This document shows positions 1-9,086 of a DNA stretch of 64,000 nt, piece after piece. Source of the stretch: Candidatus Poribacteria bacterium (GTDB taxonomy: Bacteria > Poribacteria > WGA-4E > WGA-3G); assembly GCA_965214095.1 (NCBI GenBank), contig OZ243938.1, forward strand, positions 96,001 through 160,000, given 5' to 3'. The position numbers were made by a program, and so were the translations under genes. The notes beneath the pieces were generated by a model. It was not told where the DNA came from. It searched no databases and saw only the letters and a program-made list of their open reading frames with translations. The number at the start of each line of letters is the position of its first letter. The stretch's first letter is position 1.

Positions 1-1
1 C

Positions 2-115
2 AAGTAATGCAGTCAAAGGTCCTATCAATTGTGGTATTACTGCCTCAGCAGTAGAAGTAAAACAGACAATAACAGACAAGATACTCAATGATAGTATCTT
101 TGCTATATTTCGCAT
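2..115 (-). CDS. 5' end of a secreted or membrane protein running off the window start (MRNIAKILSLSILSVIVCFTSTAEA...)
   Basis: ATG at 115 preceded by GGAG; the frame stays open to the window edge; signal-peptide-like N-terminus ending in AEA. Confidence 0.7.
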   Translation of the reverse strand, partial: MRNIAKILSLSILSVIVCFTSTAEAVIPQLIGPLTALL

Positions 116-141
116 ACTTGGGTGACTCCAACAATATGGAT

Positions 142-1311
142 CTACTTTAGAAATTCTACCGTATAATGCAGAAGATTTTCAAGTAATTGACGATTCTTAT
201 TCGTATTCTGCTTATTATCGTTGCGAAGGTTTGTAATGAGATACATCCCTTTTCCATATCTAAGTTTTGCAACGACTATCTCTTTACCGTTATTGGTCGT
301 AGCGAGCACTTCAAATTTATCGTTCCAACCGTTCCATGAATCATCAAGTGCAAGTTTTCCTGAACGAATTTGGTGTGGTGACTTAAATAGATCGCCAGCT
401 TTTGAAGTCGGTTTAAAATCGTCTCTGATATTACTTTCAATACCTCTGAGTGGCTCCGACAACCAACCTACACCACAAGGACGATTCTGATCGCTATCCT
501 GTCCAGAAACTATGACAACACCGCCAGACTTCACATAATCTTTAATCCGCTTCTCATGGTTCTTATTCAGGCGATATTTACCATCATCAATTGCACGGTA
601 TCCAAGCCATAATATATCAAAATCCTTTAATCCATCCAACTCACGTTCTGTAGTCTGTTTACAGGCTATATATTGACCATCAATCCTATTAAGGTCAGAT
701 ATGAAATGAAGTTCCTCTTCATATCCTTTTCTGTTTAGAAGTAGGAAGTTCATCATTCTGCCATCCAACATAGACCGTAATTCTTTTTGGAAATCTTTAG
801 TTGAGTCACGTTTGGAAACTTTGTCTTGATTGAGGTATTTCTCAAAGTGTGTAAACCCCCATCTACCCCATCCTCTTTCACGATCCTTCGTTAGCTGCAG
901 TTGAAACCATTTTCCCCTTGTGTGTGCCAACGCGTCAATACGTCTATCTTCTTGTAGGTAACACACAACAATCTGTTCATCCTTCTTCAAGAAACGGGAA
1001 AGTTCGCCCCTATGATCTGCTTCACCTTTATATATATCAAAGCGAATTTTAATAACATCAAATTCACTTCGTCCTTTAATGTTATGTTCTACCTTAATAT
1101 TGGCAGTCTTTCGTTGCGTGTTTACCTCTTCAATTGTGCCAAACACGATATTAGAACTTTCATTGACAATTTGCGGAATAGTATACCGTGCTGCAATGTA
1201 GGCATCCGTGTACAGGTGTGTAAATATAAACAGATTTGTAAGCAGTATTCCTATCGTCCATTTTGTCTTTAGTTTCAAATTCTGTTGGTTTTTTATACTA
1301 AGTTTGTGCAT
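142..1311 (-). CDS. Hypothetical secreted protein, possibly with a C-terminal class I glutamine amidotransferase-like domain
   Basis: 389-aa ORF with GGAG RBS and a hydrophobic N-terminus. The C-terminal 'FDILWLG...IKDYVKSGGVVIV...YGKG' pattern is typical of GATase1-like domains. Confidence 0.6.
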   Translation of the reverse strand: MHKLSIKNQQNLKLKTKWTIGILLTNLFIFTHLYTDAYIAARYTIPQIVNESSNIVFGTIEEVNTQRKTANIKVEHNIKGRSEFDVIKIRFDIYKGEADHRGELSRFLKKDEQIVVCYLQEDRRIDALAHTRGKWFQLQLTKDRERGWGRWGFTHFEKYLNQDKVSKRDSTKDFQKELRSMLDGRMMNFLLLNRKGYEEELHFISDLNRIDGQYIACKQTTERELDGLKDFDILWLGYRAIDDGKYRLNKNHEKRIKDYVKSGGVVIVSGQDSDQNRPCGVGWLSEPLRGIESNIRDDFKPTSKAGDLFKSPHQIRSGKLALDDSWNGWNDKFEVLATTNNGKEIVVAKLRYGKGMYLITNLRNDNKQNTNKNRQLLENLLHYTVEFLK

Positions 1312-1345
1312 AGACTCCCTCCTTTAGAAATCCTTGATGATGAAA

Positions 1346-1672
1346 TTAGCTTAATTTAACTGCAGTTCCAGTTCCAGTAGCAGTTACCATCAGCATTCCA
1401 TTACTGGACCCAAGCACTTGATAATCAATATCAATACCTACGACAGCATCTGCACCTTTATTACTTGCTATTTCTTGCATTTCACGGATGGCAGTTTCAC
1501 GCGCTTCTGCGAGTTTATCCTCATAAGTATTAGAACGTCCACCGATCATGTCTGTAATTCCAGCAAGAAAATCACGGAATATGTTTGCACCCATGATCGC
1601 CTCACCTGTTACCAAACCAAGATATTGTCCAATCTGTCTACCTTCAATAGTATTTGTCGTTGTTGAAATCAT
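1346..1672 (-). CDS. YbjQ/UPF0145 family protein
   Basis: Motifs 'TTTNTIEG...[19 protein letters not shown]...GGRS...[12 protein letters not shown]'. Start reassigned to ATG 1672, which overlaps the upstream stop (TAATG). Confidence 0.9.
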   Translation of the reverse strand: MISTTTNTIEGRQIGQYLGLVTGEAIMGANIFRDFLAGITDMIGGRSNTYEDKLAEARETAIREMQEIASNKGADAVVGIDIDYQVLGSSNGMLMVTATGTGTAVKLS

Positions 1673-2781
1673 TATTGTGATCTCCCTCTTGCTGCTATTT
1701 CCCACACTGTCTCCACGATTTCATTCCGAATACCATAAAACCTGTCATGAAGGTTAACATTAGTACAACAGTGTGTCGGTAAAATTTCAAGCTTATCTGT
1801 CGGTTTTAGTGAAATATCTTCATTGGATACATGCATTTTCCCATGTTCTTCGGAAAGACCGGTCATTTCGACACCCTGCAAACCAACAGGTTGTGGTATA
1901 CCAAACTCTTTTGTTAACACCTTTAGACCAGTATCTACAATAATCCTGTTTTTTTCTGGACGACTAACAACTGTCGCTAAGACTGTTAACGCACAACCAA
2001 ATTTCTCACCGACACCTTCAACATTACGATATGTTGAATCCATAAAGACATAAGAACCAGCCTGTACCTCAGTCATTTCAAGGATACTGCCTGTTATATC
2101 GTAAGTGCCAGTTCCGCCACCGCTCATTATGGCTACATTGATACCGTTTTTTTCAAGGAGATGTTTTGTATCAATTAGACGTTGCATTGCTGATTTCGTA
2201 GCAGCTACACGTTCAGTTTTATTCGGTTTTGCAACGGTATGTCCTTCATATCCCATCAAACCTTCAAACTTTAGGCTTGGACTCTCACCTATAATATTAA
2301 CCAACGAAAGTGTTTCAGGTCCAGGTTCAACACCACACCGATCCATACCGATATTGACTTCAACCAAAACCCTAATCGTAACACCTTTTTCTGCTGCTGC
2401 CTTGGAAATTGCATGAACATTGTCATCGTTGTCCACTGCAATCATTATGTCAGAATGTTTTGCTAAGTTTATAAGTCGAGCTATTTTATGTGTACCGACA
2501 ATCTGATTTGCAATTAAGACATCTCTGATGCCTGAATGAACAATTGCTTCTGCTTCTCCTAATTTGGCACATGTCACACCAATTGCTCCAGCAGCAATTT
2601 GTTTATGTGAAATAATTGGAGTTTTATGTGTTTTGACGTGTGGTCTTAGTTCTGTGTTTACTGTAGCAAAATAATCTGCCATTTTCTGGATATTCGATTC
2701 CATTATATCCAGATCAATCAACAATGCAGGCGTATCTAATTCCGTTTTATGTCTACCGATATACGTCTCGACATCGGACAT
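1672..2781 (-). CDS. DSD1/D-threonine aldolase family PLP-dependent enzyme
   Basis: Motifs 'LDTPALLID', 'LRPHVKTHK' (PLP Lys), 'GGGTGT', 'SEEHG', 'PTHCC'. Start at MSDVETY after a GAGG RBS. Confidence 0.9.
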   Translation of the reverse strand: MSDVETYIGRHKTELDTPALLIDLDIMESNIQKMADYFATVNTELRPHVKTHKTPIISHKQIAAGAIGVTCAKLGEAEAIVHSGIRDVLIANQIVGTHKIARLINLAKHSDIMIAVDNDDNVHAISKAAAEKGVTIRVLVEVNIGMDRCGVEPGPETLSLVNIIGESPSLKFEGLMGYEGHTVAKPNKTERVAATKSAMQRLIDTKHLLEKNGINVAIMSGGGTGTYDITGSILEMTEVQAGSYVFMDSTYRNVEGVGEKFGCALTVLATVVSRPEKNRIIVDTGLKVLTKEFGIPQPVGLQGVEMTGLSEEHGKMHVSNEDISLKPTDKLEILPTHCCTNVNLHDRFYGIRNEIVETVWEIAARGRSQ

Positions 2782-2791
2782 ACACCACCTC

Positions 2792-3745
2792 TTAAAGTTG
2801 TTGGACAGGATTAGAAAGTGTGCCAAATCCTGGGATTTCTATCTTGACAATATCGTTCGGAGCCAGTGGTAAATCATTTGGAACGATTATTCCTGTACCA
2901 GTTGAGACAACAGTCCCATAAGGTATTGGGTTATCTCGCATTAAAAATTCGGTGAGTTGTTCAAACTTCCAATTTATCTGCGATGTATTTACTGCACCTG
3001 CAAAGATCTCTTTGTCCTCACGAAGAATAGTACATTTAATTTCCAAATTATAAGGATCATCTACTTCAGAAGGAGTAACGAACATCGGTCCAAGAGCACA
3101 ACATCCATAGAATACCTTTGATTGTGGTAAATATAACGGATTATCGCGTTCAATGTCCCAAGCGGACACATCATTACATAAGGTATAGCCGACTATTTCA
3201 CCTTCAGCACCGAGAACATAAGCAAGTTCTGGTTCAGTAGCAGTCAATGCAGAGTCGCTTCGTATACCAATGTATCCATTCGGTCCAACACAACGAGATG
3301 GTGTCGCTTTAAAAAATATCTCTGGTCTATCTGCATGATATACACGACTATAGATATCTTGTTCTGAATCGTCATCACGCATATCCGCACTACGTTTATA
3401 GGTAACGCCACATCCCCATACTTCTGGAGGGTCTATGGGCATCAATAGATGTGGTTTTTTTTCTGATGGATTTACATTCAACTTGTCCAATGTCAATCCG
3501 TTGTCTTCTGCTGAAACACTATCTGTTTCTCGGAATGCTGTAAACCGCATCGGTGGAGGGACAGATACCTTTTCCTGTATATCTGCAAGCAATACACCTA
3601 AACTCACGCGTTCTTTATGCGCAAGTTTAAGCACATCTAACACACTCCTCGATTCTTCACTGGTTACATCAATTACACTGTTTTCGCGGGTAACAACCCC
3701 GACACGCTTACCTAAGTTAGGCAAATGATATTGGATAAGTTTCAT
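2792..3745 (-). CDS. Fumarylacetoacetate hydrolase family protein (2-keto-3-deoxy-pentonate dehydratase-like)
   Basis: Motifs 'EVWGCGVTYKRS', 'RPEIFFKAT', 'EPEL', 'NDVSAWDIERDNPLYLPQSK'. Confidence 0.85.
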   Translation of the reverse strand: MKLIQYHLPNLGKRVGVVTRENSVIDVTSEESRSVLDVLKLAHKERVSLGVLLADIQEKVSVPPPMRFTAFRETDSVSAEDNGLTLDKLNVNPSEKKPHLLMPIDPPEVWGCGVTYKRSADMRDDDSEQDIYSRVYHADRPEIFFKATPSRCVGPNGYIGIRSDSALTATEPELAYVLGAEGEIVGYTLCNDVSAWDIERDNPLYLPQSKVFYGCCALGPMFVTPSEVDDPYNLEIKCTILREDKEIFAGAVNTSQINWKFEQLTEFLMRDNPIPYGTVVSTGTGIIVPNDLPLAPNDIVKIEIPGFGTLSNPVQQL

Positions 3746-3824
3746 AAAACACCGTAAATTACCATTATTCTCAGTTGTCCGTCCTATATCTAAGATCTGA
3801 CTAACTTAATATCAGAATTTACCT

Positions 3825-4442
3825 TTATCTATCGGATGGGATTAAGTTCATTGTCTCAAGATATGAAATCACCTTTTGTGCTGATTCAAGAATTGAAAGA
3901 TCGGCACTATTCACAAGCACTTCAGGTTTATTCGGTGCTTCATAGGGTGCACTAATTCCAGTAAATTCTTTGATCTCTCCTGAACGGGCTTTCTTATACA
4001 ACCCTTTCGGATCGCGTTCTTCACATACATCAAGAGGACATTCAACATAAACTTCAACGAATCTATTTTCAGATATTAGTTCTCTTGCTTGGTCCCGATC
4101 AGCGCGGTAGGGTGAAATGAAGGCTGTCATGACAACTGTGCCTGCGTCAACGAATAGTTTCGAGACTTCACCGACTCTGCGTATGTTTTCTTCACGATCC
4201 TCAGGAGAAAATCCTAAATTTTTGTTCAATCCGTGTCGCACATTGTCACCATCTAACACATAAGTGTGATGCCTACGTTCATGTAACAAGTGTGCCACTG
4301 CGTTTGCCAATGTTGATTTTCCTGAACCTGAAAGTCCTGTAAACCAAACTACACAACCTTTCTGGTTGAGTAGTTGTTCTCTATCTTCCACTGTAACAGT
4401 GGTTTCATGCCATGTTATATTTGTTGCTTTCTGTTCTGCCAA
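3825..4442 (-). CDS. cysC: Adenylyl-sulfate kinase
   Basis: 'NITWH', P-loop 'GLSGSGKST', '[10 protein letters not shown]', 'FTGISAPYE'. Probable TTG start at 4442 after GAGGA. Confidence 0.95.
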   Translation of the reverse strand: MAEQKATNITWHETTVTVEDREQLLNQKGCVVWFTGLSGSGKSTLANAVAHLLHERRHHTYVLDGDNVRHGLNKNLGFSPEDREENIRRVGEVSKLFVDAGTVVMTAFISPYRADRDQARELISENRFVEVYVECPLDVCEERDPKGLYKKARSGEIKEFTGISAPYEAPNKPEVLVNSADLSILESAQKVISYLETMNLIPSDR

Positions 4443-4684
4443 ACGATTGTTCCTCAGTTCTTTGTAGTAGTTAATAAGGAAGGTTACATTAATCAATAAT
4501 GTATTCTGGAATGTTACTTCTAATCATACTTATTGAGTGGAATGCACTTAGAAATAGTATATCAGATGTAGTTGTCAAGTGCAAACAATTATGGTATGCT
4601 ATATATTATACCTTATCTAAATTGAAAAATGCAAAAGATTTTAGGTTATTTCACAGTGTGAAAGAAATTGCAGAAAGTTTATAT

Positions 4685-4788
4685 TATAGATGCATTATAA
4701 ATATAAGTTGACACTTTCGACCCACGGTAGGCGAGGTTTCCTAACCTCGCCGACGCAGAGTGTTCAAGTAATTTCAAAATCTACTATA
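4685..4788. repeat. GTAG-type REP hairpin (4726-4751) inside a short TATAG...CTATA-bounded element
   Basis: GGTA-GGCGAGGTT-TCCT-AACCTCGCC is a perfect hairpin. It is flanked by imperfect inverted TTGACACT/AGTGTTCAA and by TATAG/CTATA ends. Confidence 0.65.
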
Positions 4789-4871
4789 ACAATGTTATAA
4801 TTGGCACTCAAATACAACTATGATAGATACAAATTGAATAGTGTTTATTTTAAGTTTGAGAACGTTTAAAA

Positions 4872-5288
4872 ATGCCGGCAAAAGATATTTATCACGACAC
4901 GGTTAAGAATGCACTTGTTAAAGATGGTTGGACAATTACACACGATCCATTAAGATTAAAATGGGGTAGTAATTTTCTGTATGTGGATTTAGGTGCGGAA
5001 AAATTATTGACAGCTGAAAAAGACAATCAAAAAATCGCAGTTGAAGTTAAGAGTTTTGTAAGTCCATCCAATCTTTCTGACCTTGAAAATGCTCTTGGTC
5101 AATATATTCTGTATCGCAATATCATAGAAGAGCTTGAACCTCAGCTTAAATTGTATCTTGCTGTTCATGAAGAGATATTTGCAACCGTTTTTGAGGAGTC
5201 GCTTGGACAAATGCTTATCCGTAAGAACAACTTGAAACTAATTGTCTTTAGAATCACTGAGGAGGAGATTATCAAATGGAACGAATAG
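4872..5288 (+). CDS. xisH: XisH family protein (PD-(D/E)XK-like)
   Basis: Motifs 'MPAKDIYHDTVKNALVKDGWTITHDP', 'DLGAE', 'KIAVEVKSF', 'ALGQY'. Confidence 0.93.
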   Translation: MPAKDIYHDTVKNALVKDGWTITHDPLRLKWGSNFLYVDLGAEKLLTAEKDNQKIAVEVKSFVSPSNLSDLENALGQYILYRNIIEELEPQLKLYLAVHEEIFATVFEESLGQMLIRKNNLKLIVFRITEEEIIKWNE

Positions 5289-5608
5289 AAAAATATCGAG
5301 AAATAATAATGCAAATCTTTCGTGAATTTACAGAAACTCCTCATGTCTATGATGAACTAACTGATGAGATAATCGTTGACAGGGAAACTGACCGGTTTCT
5401 CTGGATGACAAGAGGAGTACAGAAACAAAAAAGGATTCATGCTTGTGTTGTACGGATTGATATTATTGATGGTAAGTTGTGGATTCAACAAGATAACACC
5501 GAAGGTATAGCACCAGAATTAGAACGGTTTGGAGTCCCCAAAGAACATATTGTATTGGGATTTCGATCACCCGATATTCGTCCATACACGGGTTACGCTG
5601 TAGATTAG
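5276..5608 (+). CDS. xisI: XisI family protein
   Basis: 'IDIIDGKLWIQQDNTEGIAPELERFGVPKEHIVLGF...PYTGYAV'; overlaps the end of xisH. Confidence 0.92.
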   Translation: MERIEKYREIIMQIFREFTETPHVYDELTDEIIVDRETDRFLWMTRGVQKQKRIHACVVRIDIIDGKLWIQQDNTEGIAPELERFGVPKEHIVLGFRSPDIRPYTGYAVD

Positions 5609-5659
5609 ATGAGCCTTAACAACAATGATAGAGATAGATACGGTATAGGAATATTATAT

Positions 5660-6502
5660 ATGTCAAAAGATGAAATAAGAGTCGCAGCATGTCAATTGCT
5701 AACAAGCAAAGATGTAGTGTCAAGTACAGATAAAGTTTTGCAGCAAATAGAGCAATGTGCTGAACATCAGATACAGATTGCTGCATTTCCAGAAGGATGC
5801 TTGTTCGGATACTGTTGTGAGACTAAATATTGGGAACAGATATCACCCCAAGTGTTCAAAGAAGCGGAAGCAAGAATTGCCGAAGCCGCTCGAAGACACA
5901 AAATAGCGGTCATCGTTGGAACTGCACATCATGATGGTGAAAATTGGCACAACGACTTAGCAATATTCGATCAACACGGTTCTTTAAGATACCGTTATGG
6001 AAAGACATTTCTGGCAGGAGAAAAGTGGTGTACAAACAATCGTGGAAAATTGCCAATTGTCCGATTAGTTGATGTTGATTGTTGCTTTATTATATGTCAC
6101 GATGTCCGTTATCCTGAATTGGTTAAACTGCCGGCTGCGATGGGTGCACAAATCTGTTTCTTCTGTTCTTGTGAATCGGGTCTACTTTCTGAATATAAAC
6201 TCTCGGCATACCGAGCAATGCCAATTTCACGCGCAACTGAAAACGGGATTTATCTTGTGATGGCAAACACACCTGCAAATCCTGATAATATTAAGTCACC
6301 AGGATCTTCTCATGGCAACTCAAAAATAATACATCCTAACGGGAATGTTATCAAGGAAGCAGGATTCTTCGGTGATGAAATCGTTTCTGCAACAATAGAT
6401 ATTTCTCAAGCTAATGGCGGACAAGCAAAACGCACATACAACGAAGATACTATTTTGCGTGAGTGGTTTCAGAAAGGAACAGATTTTGTTGAAAAGGTCT
6501 AA
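5660..6502 (+). CDS. Carbon-nitrogen hydrolase (nitrilase superfamily)
   Basis: Glu-Lys-Cys triad motifs 'FPEG', 'YGK', 'ICHDVRYPE'. Probable start at MSKDE. Confidence 0.88.
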   Translation: MSKDEIRVAACQLLTSKDVVSSTDKVLQQIEQCAEHQIQIAAFPEGCLFGYCCETKYWEQISPQVFKEAEARIAEAARRHKIAVIVGTAHHDGENWHNDLAIFDQHGSLRYRYGKTFLAGEKWCTNNRGKLPIVRLVDVDCCFIICHDVRYPELVKLPAAMGAQICFFCSCESGLLSEYKLSAYRAMPISRATENGIYLVMANTPANPDNIKSPGSSHGNSKIIHPNGNVIKEAGFFGDEIVSATIDISQANGGQAKRTYNEDTILREWFQKGTDFVEKV

Positions 6503-6515
6503 GTTCAGTTGAGCA

Positions 6516-7952
6516 CTACCGCTCTCTATCAGACACAAGCAGATCATACGAATTGCTCTGCCATCCACCCTCCATCACAATGTTGTCTCTTGTATCACGT
6601 AACCATCTAACCATACGATCCTTCATACGTCTTAGCACGTGTTTATAACCAAGATGTGTTGCAAGGTTATGGAGTTCATGTGGGTCACTCTTCATATCGT
6701 AGAGTTCATCTTCACTATATGGATTATACACATATTTCCAGGAATCAGTTCGCACCATCCGCACAGTAGCAAGTGTTGCTTCATAGCCATGAAATTCTGC
6801 AAAGACATCATCTGGCCAGTCATCAACAGTGTCCCCTCTGAGCAGAGGAACAATTGACCTACCGTCAAGATTATTCGGTATTTCTGCGCCACCTATTTCC
6901 AAAAATGTTGGCATTAGATCAACAAGATTAACAAATTCATTACATGTAGAACCCGCTGATGTTATACCAGGCCATCTCATGACAAGCGGTATGTGATGAG
7001 TCTCCTCATACATGTGAAAACCTTTGTTAAAGAGACGATGACTACCAAGCATATCACCATGGTCAGTTGAAAAAATGACAATTGTGTTCTCTGATAAACC
7101 GTTCTGTTCAAGGCAATCAAGGATCCGTTGAACTTGGTCATCAATGAATGTGCAGAAACCCCAATATGCAGCTATCACCTTCTGCCAATCTTCCCAAGTC
7201 AAATGACTTGCATTCCATCGCAACATCTCTTTCTGTTGAATCAGTGGTTTATTGATAAACAGTTCATCAAAGTTTCCCCAACGTTCAACAGATTCTGGGT
7301 CATACATCGTATCATAAGGCTCTGGAACAGCATAAGGAAAATGTGGACCGAAGAAATTCGCCGCAATCATAAAAGGTTTTTCTGAATTCTGATAGCCATC
7401 AATTAACTCAATGGTCTTATCTGCCGTCCACGCCTCCATTGTCCGTTCAGCAGGAAGTGGAAGTCTACCATAAAACGGTGCCTCTCCACCCCATTCATAG
7501 GGTTGCACTGCATCTCGGTCAATCCGAAAATCTATACCATCATCACGAAGCCACTGATGCCATTCACTATACGGATGCCACTTGTCGTAACCCCAGAACT
7601 CAGTGTCTCCTTGTTTAGCAAGATGCCATTTACCTATACATGAAACATCATAATCTGCTGCCTTTAATAATTGTGGATACGCGGGTTTATCAAGAATCTG
7701 TTCTCCAAATACTGCATTGAAATTACCCATATTAGATAACTGTCCATGATTATGAGGATAGAGACCTGTAAGTAGAGAACCACGCGCAGGTGAACAGAGT
7801 GCTATTGGTGTATAGGCTTTTGTGAAACGCATTCCTGTAGCAGCCACACTGTCTATTGCTGGTGTTTGACATATAGTTGCACCATTACAACCCAATGAAT
7901 CGTAACGTTGTTGATCAGTTAAAAGAAAAAGAATATTTGGAGTATCAGTCAT
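6516..7952 (-). CDS. Formylglycine-dependent (S1) sulfatase
   Basis: 'PNILFLLTDQQR', CxPxR signature 'CSPARGSLLTG', 'GKWHL', 'STDHGD'. Confidence 0.95.
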   Translation of the reverse strand: MTDTPNILFLLTDQQRYDSLGCNGATICQTPAIDSVAATGMRFTKAYTPIALCSPARGSLLTGLYPHNHGQLSNMGNFNAVFGEQILDKPAYPQLLKAADYDVSCIGKWHLAKQGDTEFWGYDKWHPYSEWHQWLRDDGIDFRIDRDAVQPYEWGGEAPFYGRLPLPAERTMEAWTADKTIELIDGYQNSEKPFMIAANFFGPHFPYAVPEPYDTMYDPESVERWGNFDELFINKPLIQQKEMLRWNASHLTWEDWQKVIAAYWGFCTFIDDQVQRILDCLEQNGLSENTIVIFSTDHGDMLGSHRLFNKGFHMYEETHHIPLVMRWPGITSAGSTCNEFVNLVDLMPTFLEIGGAEIPNNLDGRSIVPLLRGDTVDDWPDDVFAEFHGYEATLATVRMVRTDSWKYVYNPYSEDELYDMKSDPHELHNLATHLGYKHVLRRMKDRMVRWLRDTRDNIVMEGGWQSNSYDLLVSDRER

Positions 7953-7964
7953 AATAAAATCCTT

Positions 7965-8546
7965 TTATGTCAAATCTGATAAAAAGTTGGTTTGTATATC
8001 ATCCACTAATGATAACCACCACATATCGTCGGAGTTCACACGTAAGATGTAAGTGTTGTTAGGAGAATCATTTGCCCCTAAACCCTTTTCAATAATTTTT
8101 GTATCCTTGTTATTCTCAAGAAAAGTACCAATTGTATTCTCCAATCGTATAGGAGATCGAATTGCTATAAGATTTATTATCTCAGATATTTCTAAATCCA
8201 GTAAATGGTCTATGTTCCAAAACAATTTCTTACCGTTTTTTGGTAATGGGTTTGAAGGTCCTAACCCACATGCTTGGAACTGATTCAACATGTCATCTCG
8301 AATTCTATGAGGTGGTTTGGAACTTGTTCTTGTAGCGTGTCTAACAAGCCTTCTGGCAAGAGAAGTTGAACCTTTCTCAGAAAGTGCAGACCCCACATAA
8401 CTATAATCACCTGCAGGTAATGAAATCAATTTTCCTTTCTTAAATCCACCAAATTTTAGTTTGGTATTCTTGCTCAGTCGAATTCTTAGCACATAAGTTC
8501 CTGCTTGTGAATCGTCACCAAGAATTGATATTTTTGGTATTTCCAT
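7965..8546 (-). CDS. DUF123 / GIY-YIG (Uri) superfamily protein
   Basis: Pattern 'GTYVL...G.YSYVGSA...LARRLVRH...WNIDHLL...GLGAND'. Confidence 0.75.
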   Translation of the reverse strand: MEIPKISILGDDSQAGTYVLRIRLSKNTKLKFGGFKKGKLISLPAGDYSYVGSALSEKGSTSLARRLVRHATRTSSKPPHRIRDDMLNQFQACGLGPSNPLPKNGKKLFWNIDHLLDLEISEIINLIAIRSPIRLENTIGTFLENNKDTKIIEKGLGANDSPNNTYILRVNSDDMWWLSLVDDIQTNFLSDLT

Positions 8547-8652
8547 GATTTACTAAGAAATGCAATAAGGTGCGAATTAGTTGTCTATATTTGCTATGTC
8601 AGTGTAATCACTATACTACATTATGTCAAGAAAAAACACAGATAAATCAATC

Positions 8653-8789
8653 TATGGTAAACTTTTGAATTAATGGGACATTTTGAGATGTAGGCGGGAA
8701 CTCCGATTTCCGATTATCACTGAGTTAAATCGCGATTCGGAGATCGCTCCTACAGGAACTTTGTATTATTATTTTCAATGTTAGCTATA
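8653..8789. repeat. Degenerate REP doublet (8690-8753) inside a TATRG...CTATA-bounded element
   Basis: GTAGGCGGGAACTCCGATTTCCGATT and AATCGCGATTCGGAGATCGCTCCTAC are imperfect inverted copies. The outer ends are weakly inverted. Confidence 0.6.
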
Positions 8790-8799
8790 AATACACTGA

Positions 8800-8985
8800 C
8801 AGGGTTATTTAAGTTTTCGGTTTTTCTGCTATATTTTTCACATTTCAATATAACACCTGTAGGTCGGGTAGAGGCACGAAACCCGACAAGCATTGAACGT
8901 GTCGGGTTTCGTGCCTCTACCCGACCTACGATATAAACTCTTAGTAACGTTCATCAATTGAAAATTATTAAACTAAATAACCCTG
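8800..8985. mobile_element. 186-bp MITE with 12-bp perfect TIRs and a 9-bp target-site duplication, carrying a REP doublet
   Basis: TIRs CAGGGTTATTTA...TAAATAACCCTG; ATACACTGA repeated at 8791-8799 and 8986-8994; internal perfect 30-bp inverted repeat at 8859-8888/8900-8929 beginning GTAG. Confidence 0.88.
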
Positions 8986-9086
8986 ATACACTGAAGTATT
9001 TCTTGACTTCAGTGACCATATATGATATTACTTTGTTGAACAAATATCAAAACCATGATGAAATGTAAATCACCCAATATTATTTT

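Noticed and set aside
1364-1378. Extra GT dipeptide in YbjQ (GTTCCA x2)
   Set aside because: A trivial in-frame 6-bp slippage with no evident significance.
4499-4711. 70-aa ORF upstream of xisH
   Set aside because: AT-rich divergent promoter region with no RBS or recognisable motif.
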